Of a stretch of 36,769 bases of DNA, positions 19,937 through 30,245 are shown piece by piece (the stretch's first letter is position 1; every line of letters starts with the position of its first letter). The DNA is taken from positions 1 through 36,769 of the forward strand of contig LT642195.1 in NCBI GenBank assembly GCA_900128585.1, written 5' to 3'. Source of the DNA: Stramenopiles sp. TOSAG23-3 (lineage: Eukaryota). The notes below the pieces were generated by a model. The model made no database searches and was not told the origin of the DNA. It saw only the letters and a program-made list of their open reading frames with translations. The position numbers and the translations under genes were made by a program.

Positions 19937-20819
19937 ATGAAGCGGCGGGGGTCTTCTGAAAGTGCTGGAGAAACGCTGTCAGACGACATCGACCTTTTTC
20001 CATGGGTGAAGGAAGCAAAAAAAAGGCAAAAGAGGAAAGCTGGTGGGCATAAAACAGAGAGGCCTGGACCAGGGTCATGCCAAAGTTCCAGTGAAAGTGA
20101 AAGTAGAAAAAAATCTTCTCCAGACTCGTTGGTCTTGCCTGCCTATGACTTGACGAAGATACAAAAATTAGGAAAGCCACCACGGGTGCCAAACTGGCGG
20201 AGTGCTTTGGATGTATATATTCTGGAACCACTGCAGGCACGGCCAGCTTATGCAAAACAGCGGGTGTTCTACGAGGACGAGGTCTGCGTCGTTATCTATG
20301 ATTCATTTCCTAAGTCCGCGATTCACTTGCTGGTTCTGCCGCGATTATCGCTGTCTCTTCCGAACGTGCATAATTTTTCTGCGCAACTTCATCTTTCAAA
20401 TTTAAAAGTGTTGCATGATCGGGCAAAGAGAATCAAACGCCACCTTGAGACACGCAATCAACAGTGCGTATCTGGGGGGGGGGCAGGCCATGTTTCGCGG
20501 AGAGTTGATGGTAGGGTACCATGGCATCCCGTCCATGAATTACCTTCACATTCACATAATTTCTACGGACTTTGTGGGCATTAAAAATAAAAAGCATTAC
20601 TTATCATTTGCAAAGTGTCCGGAATTCTTTATACCAATGGATACCATGGAGAAGGATCTGTCAGAAAACAAAACATTTACGAAGAAACCGGATTGCAACG
20701 TTCTGAAGGAAGACCTGGTTTGCTTGCACTGCAACATCACACATAAAAATATACCTGCTTTAAAGGCTCATCTGGTAAAATGCAGAGTAGCGAAAGAAAC
20801 TAACAACACTTCTTCGTGA
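19937..20819 (+). CDS. APTX: Aprataxin-like HIT-domain / C2H2 zinc-finger protein, split by a +1 frameshift at the G10 run 20474-20483
   Basis: 5' ORF: WRSALDVYI, VVIYDSFPKSAIHLLVLPR. 3' ORF: GYHGIPSMNYLHIHIISTDF, KNKKHYLSF, LVCLHCN...IPALKAHL. Together these are the aprataxin signature set. Confidence 0.85.
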
Positions 20820-21501
20820 ATGCTACACCGAAGTATAAAAAAAATGCGGGATCAAGACTAAAGTGATAAAATCACAAGAGTAGAGATCAGCTCGCAGTAC
20901 ATAAATTTTAATTACTTAAAATAACAGCCAATTTTCTTGTGTTAAAAAGAAGAGATACGAAGTACGACGATGGTACCAACAACAAAAGAAAGGTGTGCGT
21001 ATAATACAATAATGGTCACTTATTTTATAGTACACAATATGGCTGTAGTATTATATATACTAAAAATATAATATTATTAGGAAAATTCCCCCCACCAAGA
21101 AGAAGGGCGGGGGGGGGGGAATTATTTTAGGGCAGCATCATCACAACATGTGTATGTGGCGTTGTTGTTGGTGGCGAAAAACGTTTTTTAGAAAAAAAGA
21201 AGAAGAAGAAGAGGTTTTTTTTCTCGTCTGTCGTCGTCGCGTTCGTACAGTACCGGTACCGTACGTGCCTCCAACCGGTAGAGAGTTACTACCACCCAGG
21301 CACCGTACCACTGTTCTTCGTGACAATTATTTGATCATCTTATGTTATATTTTTTGCCAGTCTCTCTTACTCACTATTTCCCAAGCATGCTTCATTTTGT
21401 TACATACATTGTTTGCAAAAGTTGAATAGTGAAATTTTCATAGTCTCTCCCCAAGCTACAGTTTTTTTGAAAAGGCACCCACGTTTCAAGTTTTCGATAG
21501 C

Positions 21502-23133
21502 ATGTACGTTTCTTGGGGACAGCTGCGGCACGCAGTCTTTATCCTCGTCTTCTTTTTCAGTCCTTGCGTATGGGGTGGCCTCTTGTTTGGCATTCAAGGG
21601 CTTGGTGAAATCGAGATCATGAGTTCGCCGCAGTCTTTGGTCGAGTTTAACACCGAGGTGGAGACTTTCTGCAAGCAAAACACCTTTCAGAGTAATTTCC
21701 CTCGCCACCGCTGCGAATGGCTGACAGCCGGGCCCCTATTGCAGGCGTTAAGCACTCAAGATGGGTGGAATGCGAGTATAGTTAGAAAACATTTTTTGAA
21801 GTTCGAGGCTGCAGAACGATGGGTGTATCCCGAGGAGGATATCCGCAAATTAAGAAGTTGCAGAGGAAACGGACGGCGAAATGTCCTGTTTCTTATGCAC
21901 GACGTAGTACCAAAGCTACACCACGTTCTGAACGGTGGCACGCAAGCCATGGTAGAAGTAGCCCTTTCTCTTCGGGAACACTCCGCTTACTTCGACGCCC
22001 AGATTGCAGTCAAAAGGAAGGCGCTTCCCTTTATGGCGGAGGCCTACCCTTACGCCTATCAGGCAAATGTTTTTATTGGGTACGACGACTTTAAAGATTT
22101 TTCCATAAAGCTTTCCAAGACGGAGGAGGTTGAGTTTGTTGTTGCTACATACTTTGTAACACTGTGGATGTCGAAATTAATGATGCAGCACCACGAGGAA
22201 CAGCAAAGGAGGCTGAAAGTGTTGTATTTTGTTCAAGATTACGAACCATGGTTTCCACTTTCCGGGATTAACAAGTACGCGGCTCGCTATTCTTACGTGG
22301 CAATGCATCACAGTGGCGTACGAATTGTCTCGTACAGCAGTTGGGTCCGGGACAAAATTTTTCAGGAGCACGGTGTACCATCATACCACGTGGATACGCA
22401 CGCATCTACGTTTCGTCATTTCGCCCCAGAATACTCTGGGCAGTCCTCCGGGGCCGTTTACGTTGCTGAATTGTCGAAACTTAGGTCCCAACGCATGCAA
22501 AAAGTCAAGGCCCAGCAACTAGATGTTGCCCTGATGTTACGCCCAGATACCCCCCGGCGAGGCTTAGACCGTTCTATTAGCTTCATCAAGTCTCTTTTGA
22601 AACTTAACAAGAGGTTTAAAGAGTCAGTATTGAAGCTGCACACTTTCGGTTGCACGCAAGAGCAGTTCGACGAGGTGACGAAGTCGCAGGCAGGAATTAA
22701 TTGGGACCAAGACGTTTCGCACCATGGTGTGCTTAATCGAAAGGAGATGCACGAAAAACTCAAGGTGTTCGATATTTTTGTGGACTTATCAATATGGCAG
22801 GCATTTGGGTTTACCGCACTGGAGGGAATGTTGCTCGGTACTGTCCCCGTCGTTCCTGGGTCGTCTGGTTTGTCAAAATACATAGTCATTCACAGGCAGA
22901 CGGGGATCGTGGTGGAAAGAACTGATCCTAAAAACGTTGATGATTACGTCGGCGCGGTCATGTCACTTTGTACCAACCGCCACCTTTTCCGCGTGATTCA
23001 GGGCAATGCAATGGACATAGCAAGGGGATTCGGTAGTTCTAGAACGGCGAAATCTTGGGAAACGCAGTTGTTTAGTGCTGAGCTGAACTCTGGGAAAGAC
23101 GGGGGCGAGACGTGCCTCGCACAAAGATCGTAA
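21502..23133 (+). CDS. GT-B fold GT4 glycosyltransferase, WsaF-like, with an N-terminal membrane anchor
   Basis: Hydrophobic N-terminus; NGGTQAMVE, VVATYFVT, YFVQDYEPWF, RPDTPRRG, DLSIWQAFGFTALEGMLLG. Confidence 0.75.
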   Translation: MYVSWGQLRHAVFILVFFFSPCVWGGLLFGIQGLGEIEIMSSPQSLVEFNTEVETFCKQNTFQSNFPRHRCEWLTAGPLLQALSTQDGWNASIVRKHFLKFEAAERWVYPEEDIRKLRSCRGNGRRNVLFLMHDVVPKLHHVLNGGTQAMVEVALSLREHSAYFDAQIAVKRKALPFMAEAYPYAYQANVFIGYDDFKDFSIKLSKTEEVEFVVATYFVTLWMSKLMMQHHEEQQRRLKVLYFVQDYEPWFPLSGINKYAARYSYVAMHHSGVRIVSYSSWVRDKIFQEHGVPSYHVDTHASTFRHFAPEYSGQSSGAVYVAELSKLRSQRMQKVKAQQLDVALMLRPDTPRRGLDRSISFIKSLLKLNKRFKESVLKLHTFGCTQEQFDEVTKSQAGINWDQDVSHHGVLNRKEMHEKLKVFDIFVDLSIWQAFGFTALEGMLLGTVPVVPGSSGLSKYIVIHRQTGIVVERTDPKNVDDYVGAVMSLCTNRHLFRVIQGNAMDIARGFGSSRTAKSWETQLFSAELNSGKDGGETCLAQRS

Positions 23134-23245
23134 AAGAAGAGGGGGGATTACGCGTGTCAGCGAGAGTACATCTCACTGCTTTGGGAAGTTTTTGTCATTT
23201 ACATTTTTACCACACACAGTAAAACTCTTAATTCAATTTACCTTT

Positions 23246-24685
23246 TTACACTTTCAAATTTAGATTTGGCAAGTCAACCACAAAGATGCCATTTTTGGAA
23301 TCCTTGTTCCGCTCCCACCGCCCTAACCGTGGCTCTTGGCCAATACCAGCGACCAAATACTTCCCAGTAGGGGAAAATGCCAGGGCGTTCACAAAGCCTT
23401 TTGCTTCCACCTTGGCTATCTCTGTCAGGGCTCGGCCCCCTAAATTTGCATGCCAAAAGCGTATAAAGCCGTCGGAAGAGCCTGTGGCCACCAGATCGGA
23501 CGCGGGGAACGCAGCAATAGCACTTACCCAGCAGTGCTGCACCCCGCCGTTGCTTCCCTCTCCCATTTCTCCTTCCGTAGGTCGTGGGTGGGCATTTTCA
23601 ACTTTGGCTATCGGGCGCTTCTTGTTCATGTTCCACAAGGCCACAGTACCATCTTGGGAGCATGATACGTAATTTTGGTTGTCTACCATAACCGCAGCGT
23701 CTATGCTTCGTTTGTGCCCGCGAAAAATCAGTTGAGAGTCCGACTCAACTTTCCATAGGCGCACGCTACGGTCGTCGCCTGAGCTTAGAGGCTGCTCCCG
23801 TCGCAAACAGTCCAAGCTTTGCACAAAACTTTGATGCCCGAACAAGGTATCCACGTACCCCATTTCGTCAAGGTTCCAAATCTTTATACATCGGTCGTAC
23901 GATCCAGTGAACAAGGTCCTCGTCTTTTTCTGAAAGCACATGCAAGAGACAATGTCCCGGTGCCCCCTAAATGTGTCCAGCAGGGCGTCCGTCTTGGCGT
24001 TCCATATTCGGAGGGCTTTGTCTCTCCCGCCACTGACAAGGAACCGGCCATCGTCGGAAGCTGCCAACGCTAGGATTTCGTCGTAGTGACCTTCCGGGAT
24101 GGACGCTGCCGCGCCCCCCTTTTGCCGCCTTTCTTTTCTATTGGCCTTTCTCCCAGGGTATTTTTTCACCCGCTTCCTATTGCCGATGTGCCAGCGGATA
24201 ATACTACAATCTTTCGACGCTGTCCAGCAGGTATCGTCGTCCTTGCCGAACGCAACCGCAGTGAGGGGCCCGTTGTGGCCCCTGTGAAAGGTTCCCGACA
24301 GCTTGTTCTGGGCGAGGGCCTCTTCCATCAGCGTGGCAATGTTTCTTGTCAACCGTCCCGCTGCCCGCAGCGCCTCGTTGTGTAATCGGTCGGCCACCGC
24401 GTCCTCTTCGCCCGAGCCGCCTTGGCCTTCTTCTACAGCTATTTTGTCGAGCATGCTTTTCGCCAGCCGGATGCGTTTTTCCTGAACTGTTTCTTTTTCG
24501 TCATCAGAGTTTTCTACATCTTCAAAAAAGTCGCTTCCATCCTCGTTTCCGGATATACCACTTCCATCGGAGTCGATAACTTCGTCGTCGTCTGAAAAAT
24601 TAAAGTGTGATTTTCCATCCCCCGCCCCACTCTTAGCGCGCTTGTTTGCCCCTCCAACTTTTCTAACAGGAACCGCACGTTTCAT
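23246..24685 (-). CDS. RRP9: U3 snoRNP-associated WD40 protein (U3-55K)
   Basis: Acidic N-terminus with ETVQEKRIRLAK; WD repeats; MGYVDTLFGHQ, DRSVRLWKVESDSQLIFRG, GFVNAL, GIGQEPRLGRW. Confidence 0.93.
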   Translation of the reverse strand: MKRAVPVRKVGGANKRAKSGAGDGKSHFNFSDDDEVIDSDGSGISGNEDGSDFFEDVENSDDEKETVQEKRIRLAKSMLDKIAVEEGQGGSGEEDAVADRLHNEALRAAGRLTRNIATLMEEALAQNKLSGTFHRGHNGPLTAVAFGKDDDTCWTASKDCSIIRWHIGNRKRVKKYPGRKANRKERRQKGGAAASIPEGHYDEILALAASDDGRFLVSGGRDKALRIWNAKTDALLDTFRGHRDIVSCMCFQKKTRTLFTGSYDRCIKIWNLDEMGYVDTLFGHQSFVQSLDCLRREQPLSSGDDRSVRLWKVESDSQLIFRGHKRSIDAAVMVDNQNYVSCSQDGTVALWNMNKKRPIAKVENAHPRPTEGEMGEGSNGGVQHCWVSAIAAFPASDLVATGSSDGFIRFWHANLGGRALTEIAKVEAKGFVNALAFSPTGKYLVAGIGQEPRLGRWERNKDSKNGIFVVDLPNLNLKV

Positions 24686-24916
24686 AGCTCCTATGGTAAA
24701 GAAAGCCCAACACTAAAACAAATTGTATGGTTTGTTGACACGTTTAAAATACCGTTCACACAATAGACAGGCAGATGTTCAAGATATACGTAGTATGACA
24801 TCCCTGTTATAAATAATCCTTAAGACGAGTGTGTGTGTGAGTATGTATGCTAAATGGATTCGTACGGGTCCCGCGTTTTTTGTTGTTTCTTTGTTTATGA
24901 TGATTGTTCTCCTCCT

Positions 24917-24944
24917 CTTCTTCTTCTTCTTCTTCTTCTTCTTC
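24917..24944. repeat. (TTC)n microsatellite
   Basis: Read directly from the sequence. Confidence 0.85.
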
Positions 24945-25081
24945 TTTTTTTTTAAAATTATTTTTGATGATGATGATGATAGCTGTGATGACAACAATTA
25001 GTATTTTTATTTTCATTCATTTTGTTATTGTATTAAAATAATGTTGTTGATAAAATATATTGTGGTTGGTTGTGTTGTTGC

Positions 25082-25410
25082 GAAGAAGAAGAAAAAGAAG
25101 AAAGAAGAAGAAGAAGAAGAAGAAGAAGAAGAAGAAGAAGAAGAAGAAGAAGAAGAAGAAGAAGAAGAAGAANNNNNNNNNNNNNNNNNNNNNNNNNNNN
25201 NNNNNNNNNNNNNNNNNNNNNNNNNNNNNNNNNNNNNNNNNNNNNNNNNNNNNNNNNNNNNNNNNNNNNNNNNNNNNNNNNNNNNNNNNNNNNNNNNNNN
25301 NNNNNNNNNNNNNNNNNNNNNNNNNNNNNNNAGAAGAAGAAGAAGAAAGAAGAAGAAGAAGAAGAAGAAGAAGAAGAAGAAGAAGAAGAAGAAGAAGAAA
25401 GAAGAAGAAG
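25082..25410. repeat. (GAA)n microsatellite spanning the assembly gap
   Basis: GAA arrays lie on both sides of the N run. Confidence 0.9.
25173..25331. other. Assembly gap (159 N)
   Basis: Run of N characters. Confidence 1.
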
Positions 25411-26492
25411 GAGGAGGAAGAGAATTTAAAAAAAAAAAAAATGTTTTTTTTTCGCGAAAAAACTATTTTTTTAATAATATAAAAATAAGCAAAGCTTTTA
25501 TATTAAGGATAATATAATATATATATTTTATTAATATGATTAATTATCTATCTGGTTATGTTATCATGATAAAATCGTTTTAATATTGTACTTATATACC
25601 TTAACATAAGAAGAACATGACATAATATGTAAAATATATTTAGTTCGTATACTAGTCTGTCTATAAGCTATCTATTATATGATTATATTCCTCAAAGAAG
25701 AAGGAGGATATTTTCTTTGAATAAATAGCTGGAATAGCTAAGAGAGGAACAAATGTTATATTAAATATATATATAAATAGCATTAATGATAAGATCATAT
25801 TAAAACTAGATGGTAATCCGAACCACTCAATATATTTAATTTGAAACAGCACCAGTAGAGTATAGCGAACAAACAAACTGAAATCTCATAAAAATAATGA
25901 TTTGCACGCCTAGCTATATACAGTATGAAAAAGTAATAGCTAATTTAAAAACTATTTATCTAGCAGCTAGCAGCAGGGCAGGGTAGGGCAGGCAGGGAGG
26001 AGTAAATCCTATTATAAAATAATTAGTACAATAATAAATGTAAGACGACCGACCACCAAACCTAATTCCAGAAGAAGTAGAAGGAAGAAGAAGAACAAAT
26101 AAAAAAAGAATAAATGCTCTAATTATTGTGGAAATAAGTATTATTATATATAAATAAGAAGGCTATAATAATATGTCCAATATATATAAGAATACAATAC
26201 AAATAAAAATAAAACAACAACAACAACAACAACAAAAACAACAACAACAAATCTTTTTTTTTTTATTTATTCGCGACGACGAAGGAAGAAGAACAAACGA
26301 ATGAGAAGAAGAATTGAAATAAAGAAATTCAGAAGCATATATATAGTGTATGTGGTAGAAATATATTGTATTTTCCTTTTACACTTTATTTGCCATTGGT
26401 ATGTGTGTCTGTTTTCTTTTTCTATCTGTTTGTTGTAGCTGATTCTTATTATCACACGAAAAACGCACAGTTGTTTCTCCTCCAAGGATAAA

Positions 26493-29400
26493 ATGAACGG
26501 GCGAAGTGGCTGGTTGTCCAGCGTCATTATGCTCTTCTATGTCTTGTGCTTCCTTGCCTCTAAGCCGTCAACCGTATTGGCAGATAATGTGCTGGGATGC
26601 GGGGGTTTCGCAAAAATTTCGCCAGACTTGAAAAGCCTGGTAGGAACGTCAAAGGCGACAAAGAAAGTGTTGAAGGCCGCTTTTTCGGGCGTAAAGGTCC
26701 AGCTTGTCACGTCCAGCGGTGCAGTGCACGACGAAACGTTCTGTGCCCCGAACGGGTACTACTTTCTTCCCATGGACGATTCCTCTGCAGGCGAAGAGTT
26801 TACTTTGCGCGTCCAAGGGCCGGCAGGGTGGACGGTTGCTAAAAATGAGTACGAAGTTACCTCTGGCGAAGACAGCGTGGATGGCTGCGAGCAGGACGTG
26901 AACTTTGAATTCACGGGTTTTTCAGTGCAAGGGTCGCTTTCTGTTTTTGGCAAAAGTGCTGCCTGCAAAGACGCACAAATACAGTTCGCGGGATTGGAAT
27001 TGGAGAGCACCTTGGATTCCAAGAAACGTTTTGCCACAACAACGGGTGCCTCGGGGTCCTTCATCTTTGAAGGAGTGCTGCCAGGGACATACGAGATCAA
27101 GTTCGTGGAGGAGGAAACTCGGTTTGGGGCCTTGGCGTTTTACAAGAAGACGGACACCAAAGTTGTAGTGGAAGCGGGGAGTTTAATGCTGCCCATGCCG
27201 CTGCAAGTGGAAGGTTTCGTCGCAAAGGGCGAAGTGTGGAGCAGCAGCAAGGACAAGACCGGGGTCGAGGGCGTCACGATGTTCCTTTATGGCAAGGGCA
27301 AGGTTCCCAGTGGCTGCTCGCCGGTCCCACCGTCGGCCAGCGTGCCGCTTGGTCAGAAGACGGAGCCTTTGTGCATGGCTTCCACGGACAAGAACGGTCG
27401 ATTCTCTGTGAGCGGGTTGCGCTGCGGGAAGGCATACTCCTTAATCCCATTTTTCCAGGGCAAGCAAACGTCGTTTAACGTGGTTCCTGCCGTTGCAAAA
27501 GTCGAGGCGCTGCCTATCTCTGCGCATTACATTTCTGTCAAACCGTTTCATATAAGTGGCTTCAGCATAGGGGGAAAGGTTACTGATCACGGTGGAAACG
27601 GGGTAGAAGGTGCCGTTGTTAAATTTGAAGGCGGGGAGCCCTACATTACCGACGCCAGCGGCGGCTTTACCCTCTCCAACGTCCAAGAGGGCCGCTTTTC
27701 GTTTACAATTGAAAAGGAAGGATTTGCTTTTGGCGATTTAAGTCGTGTCCCTGTAAAGCCATCGACAAAAGGCTTGCCGCCGTTCGCGGCCACGGGCTAT
27801 TCCCTCTGTGGCATCGTGGAAAGTGGAAGCAGCAAAGGCATGGTAGTAGAACTTCGAAAAAACAAAAAAGTGCTCAAACGGGCAACCGTCGACGTGCAAA
27901 CGGGAAAGTACTGTTTTGAGGGTGTGCCCCCAGGGAAACATTATGTGTCTGTGAAGAAAAAGGCGAGTGTGACCCTTTCTCCGTCTCAGCATGTCGTCGA
28001 TGTGGCCGGGCCCACTGACTCCATCGACTTCGGTCTGTCCATGGTTGCAGTATCGGGCGCGCTGTCCTGCATCAAAAACAAGTGCCCCGAGGGCGTGTCG
28101 TTAGAGCTTGTGAAGCGCAAGGGGGGCAAGAATGCCATCGCGTCGACGGACGTGAGCGAGACGGGCAAGTTTGTGTTCAAAAGTGTGCCTCCCGGGCATT
28201 ATACGGTGCGAACGTCCTCGGCGGGCAATGTTGCGTGCTGGGGAACTCCCGAAAAGGTTGCGAAGGACTTGTTCCAGCCGTTCTTACCGAACGCGGGGGG
28301 CGTTGCGGTGGAAGTGGGGGTTGACGATCTTGTGGGAGTGCAACTGCACCAGACCGGCTTTCAGGTTCAAATTCGTAGTCCTTACAAGAAAATATCTGTT
28401 ACGCTGGCACGGACGAAGAAGAAGAAGAAAGGCACGCGAGTTCCAATCAAAGGAGAAAAGGCCGTGTACGAGTTGAGGAAAGGTTCGAACACCATATGTG
28501 TCCCCAAGAGTGGCACGTACAGCATCTTTCCCCCCGAATGCCACCAGTTCACCGCGCCCGCCTACCACATGAAGACCGGTAAAAGTAAAGGTAGCATTGA
28601 CATTATCGAGGTTGCGTCTACAAAGATCTCTGGGACCGTTCAAACGAAGAGCCGAGATGCCGAGCCCGCAGGTGTAAAAGTTACTTTGGTCGACTTGGAT
28701 GATGGTCGAAAGACGTTCGCCGAAGCGGTAAACGAGGATGGGCAGTACTCCTTTTGGGCAAAGCCTGGCCACAATTTCGAACTGTCTGTCCAGGATAGTG
28801 ACGATTTTATTTTTCAGCCGAAGCTGAGGACTGCACGGGTCCCTGCGTTCGGTTGCAGTGCAACTGTGAAGCCATTTCAAGCGTACAAAGGCGTGGTTCT
28901 GAAAGGCACCATTCGCCCAGCGCTGGAAGATGTAGAAATCACCATCGAATCAAGCGACGGCAGAGAAGATATAGTGGTGACGTCCAATCCATCGGGCCGC
29001 TGGAGAAGCCCGTCGCTGAAGGCGGAGTCAGCGTACAAAGTGGTCGCGCGCAAAGAAGGGTACCATTTTCAGCAAGCAGTGACTGTCACCGCCGGGGACG
29101 CCAAGGAAAACATTGTCCTTAAGCATTCCAAATTAGCCTCTGTACGGGTCACGGTTCGTGGGGCCGGCGGAGGAAAGCCCATCGGGGACGTGCTGTTGTC
29201 TCTGAGTGGCGACTCTTACCGAAACAATAGTAAACTCAACGAAGATGGGACCATGCTCTATTCGTCCTTGTTCCCCGGGTCTTATTTTATCAGGCCATCG
29301 TTGAAAGAGTACACCTTCGAGCCTGCAAGCAAGTCGTTCGATTTGGAAAGTGCGGAGGAGCTAAAATTTGAATTCTCCGGCAAGCGTGTGGCCTACAGCT

Positions 29401-30245
29401 GTTACGGGACGTTGGTGTCTCTTAACGGGCAGCCACAAGAAGGCGTGACAGTGATTGCCGCAGGATTGAATGGCCAACGTGAAGAGGCCGTGTCCGGAAG
29501 CAATGGAGATTTTCGCATCCGTGGGTTGAAGCCAAACTCGGGGTACACCCTTTCCGTCGGTAGCAGCACGGTCGTAAAGAAAGAAAAGAGCCGTGGGAAT
29601 AGAAAAAATTCGGGGCGAAAATTGTCCAGTCAGTTCGTGCGTGCAATCCCAGAAAAGAATCAAATTTTCGTGAAAGAAGGTGGGGATGTGAGCGGGGTCG
29701 AATTCGTAGTCATCAAAGAGCCGTCCTCGGCCCGAGTTACCGGGAATGTCGACGTGGAAGGCGAGCACGTAGATGGTCTCACAGTTGTGTTGGCGCGCGC
29801 AACTGCTCCATCCACCCCAATCAAGCGGGTCCCAGTTCGTAGGCTGATCAACTACTTTGAGTTCACAAACGTTCCAGCAGGGAATTACGTTTTGTACACC
29901 GAATCTTCGAAAGTTTTGGCAAAGTATTTCTCCATCGACGCCCCGAAGGTGGATGTCACGGTTCCGTCCAGATCGGACACCCCGTCGATTCACACCCAAC
30001 TTTCATTCAGTGCCTCTGCCAGTTCGCTCGAGGAAGACATTGAGAGTGGTTCTTTTTTTTCGCTGGTGTTTGGTATTGTGATCGTGTTCTCCATTATCAA
30101 CCATACAGTTGCTTTGGAGTTGTTGATGCCGATGTTGAAGATTTTGTCCTCTGTTCCTATCCTGGGGGGCTGGGTCAGGAAGATCGTTCCGAAAGAAAAA
30201 AGTTACGGTACCTCGGTAGGTGGATTTTCCATGTCTCGTAATTAA
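26493..30245 (+). CDS. NOMO: Nodal modulator (NOMO; BOS complex subunit), ER type I membrane protein
   Basis: 1250 aa; signal peptide, VLGCGGF, CAPNGYYFLP, GPAGW, DVNFEFTGFSVQG, VLLSLSGDSYRNN, LFPGSYFIRPSLKEYTFEP, RVAYSCYGTLVSLNGQP, GDFRIRGLKP; C-terminal TM helix. Confidence 0.93.
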   Translation: MNGRSGWLSSVIMLFYVLCFLASKPSTVLADNVLGCGGFAKISPDLKSLVGTSKATKKVLKAAFSGVKVQLVTSSGAVHDETFCAPNGYYFLPMDDSSAGEEFTLRVQGPAGWTVAKNEYEVTSGEDSVDGCEQDVNFEFTGFSVQGSLSVFGKSAACKDAQIQFAGLELESTLDSKKRFATTTGASGSFIFEGVLPGTYEIKFVEEETRFGALAFYKKTDTKVVVEAGSLMLPMPLQVEGFVAKGEVWSSSKDKTGVEGVTMFLYGKGKVPSGCSPVPPSASVPLGQKTEPLCMASTDKNGRFSVSGLRCGKAYSLIPFFQGKQTSFNVVPAVAKVEALPISAHYISVKPFHISGFSIGGKVTDHGGNGVEGAVVKFEGGEPYITDASGGFTLSNVQEGRFSFTIEKEGFAFGDLSRVPVKPSTKGLPPFAATGYSLCGIVESGSSKGMVVELRKNKKVLKRATVDVQTGKYCFEGVPPGKHYVSVKKKASVTLSPSQHVVDVAGPTDSIDFGLSMVAVSGALSCIKNKCPEGVSLELVKRKGGKNAIASTDVSETGKFVFKSVPPGHYTVRTSSAGNVACWGTPEKVAKDLFQPFLPNAGGVAVEVGVDDLVGVQLHQTGFQVQIRSPYKKISVTLARTKKKKKGTRVPIKGEKAVYELRKGSNTICVPKSGTYSIFPPECHQFTAPAYHMKTGKSKGSIDIIEVASTKISGTVQTKSRDAEPAGVKVTLVDLDDGRKTFAEAVNEDGQYSFWAKPGHNFELSVQDSDDFIFQPKLRTARVPAFGCSATVKPFQAYKGVVLKGTIRPALEDVEITIESSDGREDIVVTSNPSGRWRSPSLKAESAYKVVARKEGYHFQQAVTVTAGDAKENIVLKHSKLASVRVTVRGAGGGKPIGDVLLSLSGDSYRNNSKLNEDGTMLYSSLFPGSYFIRPSLKEYTFEPASKSFDLESAEELKFEFSGKRVAYSCYGTLVSLNGQPQEGVTVIAAGLNGQREEAVSGSNGDFRIRGLKPNSGYTLSVGSSTVVKKEKSRGNRKNSGRKLSSQFVRAIPEKNQIFVKEGGDVSGVEFVVIKEPSSARVTGNVDVEGEHVDGLTVVLARATAPSTPIKRVPVRRLINYFEFTNVPAGNYVLYTESSKVLAKYFSIDAPKVDVTVPSRSDTPSIHTQLSFSASASSLEEDIESGSFFSLVFGIVIVFSIINHTVALELLMPMLKILSSVPILGGWVRKIVPKEKSYGTSVGGFSMSRN

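Noticed and set aside
19937..20819. Pseudogene call for aprataxin (and for CFAP96-like)
   Set aside because: Each has a single lesion at a homopolymer with all conserved motifs intact, which fits an error or recoding better than decay.
24779..25517. Poly-E/K/R ORFs across the N gap
   Set aside because: These are translations of (GAA)n/(TTC)n repeats and N bases.
25661..25876. 71-aa hydrophobic AT-rich ORF, possible organellar or bacterial fragment
   Set aside because: No recognisable motif and a non-ATG start; hydrophobic ORFs are expected in AT-rich DNA.
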